Origin: an uncultured Gemmatimonadales bacterium
GTDB taxonomy: Bacteria > Gemmatimonadota > Gemmatimonadetes > Gemmatimonadales > Gemmatimonadaceae
Direction of reading: 5' to 3'
DNA length: 64,000 nucleotides
Assembly: GCA_963793305.1 (NCBI GenBank)
Contig: CAWBZV010000005.1
Coordinates: forward strand, 832,001 to 896,000
The notes under the pieces are model-generated. The model ran no database searches. It was given only the letters and a program-made list of their open reading frames with translations, and was not told the DNA's origin. Below, one piece after another: positions 60,865 to 64,000 of this stretch; positions within the stretch are counted from its first letter, which is position 1; each line of letters begins with the position of its first letter. The position numbers and the translations under genes were made by a program.

Positions 60865-62583
60865 ATGAGACTCTCCGCCACGCTCGCTCCGCTCGCCATC
60901 ACGCTGCTGCTCTCCGGCTGCCACATCCAATCATCGTCGGGATCCGCGCAGTTCGCGATCTCGTTTCCATCGTCCGTGCACGACGGGCCCATCACCGGGC
61001 GCGTATTTCTCCTCGTCACGCGCGACTCGACGCCCGAACCGCGCGAGATAGCCGGTGGGATGTCGACCAACGTCACGATGTACGGCTCGGACGTGAGCGG
61101 CCTCCGACCGGGGCAACTCGCGATCATTACCGATTCGACGGCGGGATATCCCCTCGCGTCGCTCCACGATATCGCGGCCGGCGACTATTGGGTCCAGGCC
61201 GTGCTCAACATCTATACCGAGTTCCACCGCGCCGACGGCCACACGATCTGGGCGCACATGGACCAGTGGGAAGGCCAGCAATTCTATCGGGCGCCCGGCA
61301 ACCTGGTGAGCGCGCCGCAGCGCGTGCACCTCGATCCGGCATCAGGCTATCGCATCAACGTCGCGCTCTCCCGCGTGCTTCCGCCGGTGACTCTCCCGCC
61401 GGACACGAAATGGGTGAAGCACGTCAAGATCGAAAGCCCGATGCTCACCAAGTTCTGGGGCCACCCGATCTTCCTCGGCGCCACGGTGCTCCTGCCCAAG
61501 GGCTACGACGAACATCCCACGGCGCACTATCCGACGATCTATTCGCAAACACACTTCGGTCTCCGCCCGCCACTGGGCTTCACGACCGATACCCAACCGC
61601 CGCCTGCCCAGATGGTAGCCCTCATGCGGGGCTACAACATGGAGCCGGGCAACGTGTTCTACCACGACTGGGATGGCGCTCTCTTTCCGCGGATGATCGC
61701 GGTGACGTTCCAGCACCCGACGCCGTACTTCGATGACTCCTACGCCGTCAACTCCGCCAATAACGGCCCGTACGGAGACGCCATTCTCCAGGAGTTGATC
61801 CCGTACCTCGAGCAGCACTTTCGCATGATCCCCAAGTCGTACGCGCGCGTCCTCACGGGTGGTTCCACGGGCGGCTGGGAGTCGATCGCGCTCCAGATCT
61901 ACCATCCGGATTTCTTTGGCGGGACGTGGACGTTATATCCCGACCCCGTCGATTTCCGGCACTACGACATGGTCAATGCATACGCCGATACGAACGCGTT
62001 CACGGTGGGCGAATCGGGCGACCACATCTTTAGCCCCGTGAGTCCGTGGTTTCATCCCGACCGCATACTCGTTCGCGGCAATGACGGCCAGCCATATGTG
62101 ACCGAGCGCCAGTGGAGCGCGATGGAAGATGTGCTCGGCAGCCACGGCCGGTCAGGGCAGCAGCTCGAAGCGTGGGAGGCCGTGTATGGCCCGACGGGAT
62201 CGGACGGCTACCCGACGCCGCTCTGGGACAAGCGGACCGGGCACATCGATCACACGGTCGCGGCCTACATGCGCGATCACGGATTCGATCTGCGCGCGTA
62301 CCTCGCCGCGCATTGGGCCACGGTCGGACCCCAACTCGTGGACAAACTGCACGTCAATGTCGGCGACATGGACAACTTCTATCTCAATCTCGCCGTCTAC
62401 GATCTCCAAGCTTTTCTCGACTCGACCACCGCGCCGCACGTGCCCGGCGTATTCAACTACGGCCGGCCGGAGAAAGGCCACGGGTGGCAGCACGCGAGCA
62501 ACGCCGCGATCGTGCGCGAGATGGCGGCGGCCATCAAGCGGCACGCGCCCGCCGGGGAAAACGTCCAACAGTGGCAGTATTGA
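60865..62583 (+). CDS. Lipoprotein putative esterase (paralog of 1649..3334)
   Basis: Lipobox LSGC; GGSTGGWE, YPDPVDFR, GDMDNFYL, HGW. Confidence 0.8.
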   Translation: MRLSATLAPLAITLLLSGCHIQSSSGSAQFAISFPSSVHDGPITGRVFLLVTRDSTPEPREIAGGMSTNVTMYGSDVSGLRPGQLAIITDSTAGYPLASLHDIAAGDYWVQAVLNIYTEFHRADGHTIWAHMDQWEGQQFYRAPGNLVSAPQRVHLDPASGYRINVALSRVLPPVTLPPDTKWVKHVKIESPMLTKFWGHPIFLGATVLLPKGYDEHPTAHYPTIYSQTHFGLRPPLGFTTDTQPPPAQMVALMRGYNMEPGNVFYHDWDGALFPRMIAVTFQHPTPYFDDSYAVNSANNGPYGDAILQELIPYLEQHFRMIPKSYARVLTGGSTGGWESIALQIYHPDFFGGTWTLYPDPVDFRHYDMVNAYADTNAFTVGESGDHIFSPVSPWFHPDRILVRGNDGQPYVTERQWSAMEDVLGSHGRSGQQLEAWEAVYGPTGSDGYPTPLWDKRTGHIDHTVAAYMRDHGFDLRAYLAAHWATVGPQLVDKLHVNVGDMDNFYLNLAVYDLQAFLDSTTAPHVPGVFNYGRPEKGHGWQHASNAAIVREMAAAIKRHAPAGENVQQWQY

Positions 62584-62585
62584 TC

Positions 62586-63242
62586 CTACTGTAAGTCGTC
62601 GTCGCTCTCCGCCTTCCGCTGGCGGCCTGGAGCCGTGAGCTGCTGCAGGTCGCCGGTGAGCGACTGGTACCCCGAGGGAATCGTAAAGAGCGAAGGAGAC
62701 AGCGCGGTGCGCACGACGCTCGTGGCCTTGGCCTCGAATCCGGGCGCGCCGCTGACCGACGTGCGGATCACGAGCGGAAAGCTCTTCATGCCCGGCGCAT
62801 TGCAGACATCGACCGCGATCGTGTCGGTGTGCAGCGAATAGTCGTCGCACTCGACACCGGCGATCGTCTCATGTGTGCCGGTGCGCTGCGGCTCCTGTCC
62901 GCTCCCCGCGCTCGTCATGCCGGACAGCATCCCGGCGATCGGTCCCATCCCGCCCCCCAGTCGCGCCGGGTTGACGCCAGTGGGATCGATCGCCATGTAC
63001 GCGTGGAGGTCGTGGTTGAGGGCGACCACCGATCCGGTCTGCAGATCGTAGATCACCGAAGCGGATCCGCTCCCCACCATGTCGATCCGGACCTTGGACC
63101 CTTTGACCGAGTAGCGCATCGTCGCCGCCTCGTCGTCCCCGTTCGGGACGCGATACGTGATCACACCTTCAAAGGGGCTCGACTGCGCGCGCACGACACT
63201 TGGCGATAACGCCAATGCCGCGGCTAGGACATACCGTCGCAT
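62586..63242 (-). CDS. DUF4412-like secreted protein
   Basis: Signal peptide, FEGVITY, TG.HETIAGVEC, SLFTIPSGY. Confidence 0.7.
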   Translation of the reverse strand: MRRYVLAAALALSPSVVRAQSSPFEGVITYRVPNGDDEAATMRYSVKGSKVRIDMVGSGSASVIYDLQTGSVVALNHDLHAYMAIDPTGVNPARLGGGMGPIAGMLSGMTSAGSGQEPQRTGTHETIAGVECDDYSLHTDTIAVDVCNAPGMKSFPLVIRTSVSGAPGFEAKATSVVRTALSPSLFTIPSGYQSLTGDLQQLTAPGRQRKAESDDDLQ

Positions 63243-63352
63243 GACGCGAATTGAAGCGAGATTCGCGCCATCTGAGGAGCCGCCGATTATCGTGGTCGAG
63301 CGGCCATGTGCTATCGCATTCTGCGACACACCTCGCACATTGCGAGAACGCG

Positions 63353-64000
63353 TCAAGGTACCAGTTGCCGCAGGTCGTCGCCCAGATGGCGAAATTCGAG
63401 GATCGCGCCCGCCAGGATCGCCGCCGCGACGAGCGCCGCGAGGAGCTGCAGCACCCGTTGCAGCCAGCGTGGACCCGCGAAGAGCCAGACGCGCGTCACG
63501 GTGATGAGCACGCGGATCGCGACGGTCACGGCCACCAGCGTGATGGCGAGCGACCGCAGCCCTTGGAACGGGGGAATGAGGAAGGCCCCCGCCAGCACGA
63601 GTAACTCGGCCACGAACAGGACCTGCAGCCACCGGCGCGTCATGATCGCGAACAGGCTCTCCTGCGTTGCGACCTCGACCAATCCCCACAGTGCGCTGCC
63701 GAGACGGCTCAAGACGACCGCGCCGCGATTGAGCTCGGGGCGCTCGTAGTCGGTCCCGAGGCGGTCGAGCATCCGGCCCATCACGCGGCTGGCCCGAGAA
63801 ATCAGAGTCGCTGCCTGTGGGCGGTCGAGCGTCCGATCGATGTTCGTTCCGGCCGCGTACACCGCGCGCAACTGCGCCGGTGTACTCAAAAGATCGCGCA
63901 AGGCGTCAGCCGGCACGGTCGCCGGCTGATTGGCATCGATCGCCGTCGCGAGCGCGCCCGTCGCCTTCGCGACCGCATCCCCCCGCACCTGGGTCTCGAA
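63353..64000 (-). CDS. C-terminal part of a membrane-anchored protein (possibly patatin-related); runs off the window
   Basis: Long ORF 63353..63988 near the window end, with three C-terminal hydrophobic segments. Confidence 0.45.
   Translation of the reverse strand, partial: FETQVRGDAVAKATGALATAIDANQPATVPADALRDLLSTPAQLRAVYAAGTNIDRTLDRPQAATLISRASRVMGRMLDRLGTDYERPELNRGAVVLSRLGSALWGLVEVATQESLFAIMTRRWLQVLFVAELLVLAGAFLIPPFQGLRSLAITLVAVTVAIRVLITVTRVWLFAGPRWLQRVLQLLAALVAAAILAGAILEFRHLGDDLRQLVP

Overview
High-GC bacterial DNA, most consistent with Gemmatimonadota. This is an inference from the GroES/GroEL sequence style and the many signal-peptide, propeller and TonB-type proteins. The window is dense in coding sequence; I found no rRNA, tRNA, CRISPR array, integrase or transposase. 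Left part: secreted hydrolases and peptidases, a DarT-like ORF, D-aminoacylase, a divergent catalase/OxyR-like pair with an OxyR-type box, an AAA+/DUF4143 protein, M23 peptidase/lgt, and a TonB receptor with a His/Met-rich metal-handling block. Middle: a NarL-type two-component block sharing a CCCC-N4-GGGGA motif, and a TolC-RND-MFP-PQQ/cytochrome c dehydrogenase-multicopper oxidase operon. Right part: a KaiC-like ATPase/histidine kinase operon bracketed by duplicated SOD-like lipoprotein genes, groES-groEL, and a CarH/LitR-like MerR regulator. Main candidate novel system: the CarH-like regulator has lost its cobalamin-ligating residues (His to Gln, Trp to Arg). A related TGTC/GACA operator-like motif with 11-bp periodicity overlaps three promoters: its own, groESL, and the divergent promoter of the KaiC-kinase operon. 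This suggests an uncharacterised B12-independent regulon linking chaperonins to a KaiC-like signalling module. Seven genes carry single +1 insertions that look like long-read sequencing errors, and at least three genuine 5'-truncated gene remnants are present.
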